A stretch of DNA of 40,244 nucleotides, from positions 1 through 40,244 of the IMG/VR virus record IMGVR_UViG_3300020195_000070; one strand, given 5' to 3'. This DNA comes from a virus. Lineage: Duplodnaviria; Caudoviricetes. The translations under genes were made by a program, and so were the position numbers. This document shows positions 38,151 through 40,244 of this stretch, one piece after another (within the stretch, counting starts at the first letter, position 1; every line of letters starts with the position of its first letter). The notes beneath the pieces were generated by a model that saw only the letters and a list, made by a program, of their open reading frames with translations, did no database searches and was not told the origin of the DNA.

Positions 38151-38648
38151 TTACCGTGAGGTTGGGTAGTTCAAAAGTGCAAATTCTCCACTAAGTTCTC
38201 TAGCTTTTCTGTCGTAGGCCAATGCTGCTTCCTTAGCGGTTGCATACCCACCGAGGGAATAGCTCTTATTGTGGTAGCGTAGCCTCGCTCGCCACGGCTT
38301 GTATTTCACCCTTGGTTCGTAACTCACTCCCTTGATCCCAGTAGTGCTGAGAATCGAACACTTCCGGTTAGCCATATTTGTGTATCGGTCACAAAGTCTG
38401 AGGTTAGAGCGCCGATTATCCAGAGGATTGCCGTTGATGTGATCAACCATGGCATCTGGCGGTGCTCCGATGATGAGCCTGTGCATCAGCACGCGAAATC
38501 GCTTGCCGTTGGCGAGTAATGTGTGATTAGCGTAGGCATTGTTCGGGGGAGTAATAGCTGAGGCGTGCCACTTCAACCATACAAGGCGTTCGTAGTCCTC
38601 ATCGTCAACAATCGCCTCGAAACCTTTAGTTAACGTGATTTTCTTCAT
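38151..38648 (-). CDS. HNH homing endonuclease with AP2 domain
   Basis: MHRLI...VDHINGNPLDNRRSNLR...GIKGV...EAALAYD...GEFA. Confidence 0.9.
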   Translation of the reverse strand: MKKITLTKGFEAIVDDEDYERLVWLKWHASAITPPNNAYANHTLLANGKRFRVLMHRLIIGAPPDAMVDHINGNPLDNRRSNLRLCDRYTNMANRKCSILSTTGIKGVSYEPRVKYKPWRARLRYHNKSYSLGGYATAKEAALAYDRKARELSGEFALLNYPTSR

Positions 38649-38780
38649 GATTCTCGAACTCCACAATCTCTCTGCGTAGAAGGTCGCGGATAAACTCTGA
38701 ACGGGTCATTAATAACGCGGCAGCGCATTGATCTATCAGTTCAAGCATTTCAACAGGTACTACGATATGTATTTGTGTCT

Positions 38781-38809
38781 TTGACATACAAGAATAGTAT
38801 CAATATAGT
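38781..38809 (+). promoter_or_regulatory. Near-consensus sigma70 promoter
   Basis: TTGACA-17-TATAGT. Confidence 0.7.
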
Positions 38810-38843
38810 ATACAAAACACAATATGGTAGAATACCGTCAACA

Positions 38844-39605
38844 ATGACTTCAAAGGAAGCTCCAAACAAAACCATTCGCGGCTACGTTGGGTCAGAAGCC
38901 AGCAAGGACTGGACCCACCGCGACAACGCCAACGAGCTGTACACCCTCTACGACAGCTTCCGTCGCTTCCTCTTCGCCCCCACTGATGGCCAAGCCCGTC
39001 TACCCCAGGCCGTCATCGCGATTGATGATCTCCGCGTTGACACCCTCGCCGCCTACCGGCTGATCCCCAACGCCGTTGGTCTGCCCTGGGAAATCTCGAT
39101 TAACGCCAAGTACCTCCACCGCCCAATGTGGGAGCACGCCGAATCGCTGCTCCATGAAACGGTCCACCTCTATCAGGAAACCGGAGCCAACGCCGGCTCA
39201 GAGCGGTTCAAAGGTGAGCCGTTCAAGAGCTGTAAGGGCGGCTTTCATTCCAAGCAATTTGTCGAGTTATGTGAAGAGGTTGGGCTGCACCCGCTGTTGG
39301 GTCTGGGAGCGCACTGGAAGCCCGGAGACGGCCAGTTCGAGGCGTTGATGACCAGCATGGGGTATGCGAAGCCGGAGCACGCCAAGGGTGACTTTGTGAA
39401 GCCGGGCGACACCAAGGGGATGGGCAAGGCCGACGCCTGGTGGTTCTCACCGGACCGCGGCAAGGCGCGTGGTTCGAGTTCTCTTCTGAAGTACCAGGCC
39501 GACCCGTGTTTGAAGGCCAAGCCGTGCGTCTTTCGGGCGGGCGTCAAGGATCTGACGGTTGCCTGCTTAAAGGAAAATTGCTCGGGTGTCTTCCGTATGG
39601 TCTAG
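38844..39605 (+). CDS. SprT-like zinc metalloprotease
   Basis: EISIN...LLHETVHLYQ...GFHSKQF...VGL; C-terminal Cys cluster; start after the promoter. Confidence 0.8.
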   Translation: MTSKEAPNKTIRGYVGSEASKDWTHRDNANELYTLYDSFRRFLFAPTDGQARLPQAVIAIDDLRVDTLAAYRLIPNAVGLPWEISINAKYLHRPMWEHAESLLHETVHLYQETGANAGSERFKGEPFKSCKGGFHSKQFVELCEEVGLHPLLGLGAHWKPGDGQFEALMTSMGYAKPEHAKGDFVKPGDTKGMGKADAWWFSPDRGKARGSSSLLKYQADPCLKAKPCVFRAGVKDLTVACLKENCSGVFRMV

Positions 39606-39703
39606 TGCTGGGCTAATGACCGAAGTCCGTTGTGCACCGACATCCAGATCAGTCCCCATCCGCCGATTGCCCCGATAATTAGCAACCAGTCTTGTCTACT
39701 CAT
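39602..39703 (-). CDS. 33-aa membrane peptide (MSRQDWLLIIGAIGGWGLIWMSVHNGLRSLAQH)
   Basis: Hand-translated; ATGA overlap with upstream gene. Confidence 0.45.
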   Translation of the reverse strand: MSRQDWLLIIGAIGGWGLIWMSVHNGLRSLAQH

Positions 39704-40244
39704 TTCACGATTCTCGTACAAACCCACATACCAGGACCGGAGTTATCCCAGAGCCACTTTGCATAGCGCAGATTCAAGTCCGTATCGTGCGCCCCAACCT
39801 CGAACGGCACACCCATCATTTTCTCGAACCTGGCTTTCTGCCAGTGATCGTTGAGCTGGGCGATCCCCCGGTCGGTGGACCTGGCTTTATCGGTGTTCTT
39901 GTTTATAGCCAGTGGGTTCAGTCCGCTCTCGCAGGTAAACACCTTTTCCGCGTAGTCGGCTTCATCTCCAAAGTATTTCTTGATGTAATAGCGGCTGACG
40001 GCCTTGACGGTCTCCGGGGTGGCCTTGGAGGTCGTATTTTCCAAGCGCTGCCGGAGCCGTTCGTTGTCTTCGTCAGATAGGGTCTTAGCGGCCAAAACGG
40101 CCGTTAATTCGGACTGCGTCTGCTCCACCTGTGTGTTGGCTTCTGCTCGGACGGTGTGAACCTGCTGGTTAATATGGGATTGGGCAAAATAGCCCAGGCC
40201 GGCAATAGCGATGATGACCAGGGTAGCAATCCGGATTTCTATTG
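39700..40244 (-). CDS. Membrane-anchored lytic transglycosylase/lysozyme-like protein (5' end at or beyond window edge)
   Basis: CESGLNPLA.N...DRGIAQLN...NLRYAK.L..W; frame open to the edge with TM segment IATLVIIAIAGLGYF. Confidence 0.8.
   Translation of the reverse strand, partial: IEIRIATLVIIAIAGLGYFAQSHINQQVHTVRAEANTQVEQTQSELTAVLAAKTLSDEDNERLRQRLENTTSKATPETVKAVSRYYIKKYFGDEADYAEKVFTCESGLNPLAINKNTDKARSTDRGIAQLNDHWQKARFEKMMGVPFEVGAHDTDLNLRYAKWLWDNSGPGMWVCTRIVK

Overview
The window is an almost entirely phage-derived ~40 kb segment, probably most of a podovirus-like temperate phage or prophage, transcribed mainly on the minus strand. Reading right to left: a membrane-anchored SLT/lysozyme-like protein; a block containing a SprT-like protease, an HNH-AP2 and a large serine recombinase that lacks its catalytic N-terminus; VRR-NUC; terminase small and large subunits; P22-like portal; scaffold; N4-gp56-type major capsid protein; and a GroES-like co-chaperonin. 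Next come a four-gene glycan-modification cluster (double GT2, SAM methyltransferase, deacetylase-like protein, GT4), LamG and other structural genes, a secreted glycoside hydrolase and an antisense DNA methyltransferase-Mrr moron. These are followed by adaptor, nozzle and ejection proteins (including LPD38), tail fibre, a lysis cassette with an M23 endolysin, a CAP protein, a lambda-O-like initiator with iterons, small early genes, a candidate structured ncRNA and an AT-rich array of short genes with shared ends. The most unusual signals are the glycosylation cluster inside the virion region, the headless integrase abutting an att-like inverted repeat, apparent AUA start codons behind strong Shine-Dalgarno sites, the ~230 nt structured RNA and the cassette-like gene array. 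Family assignments come from motif recognition by eye, with no database search. The host (possibly CPR/Microgenomates or Chloroflexota) is only inferred.
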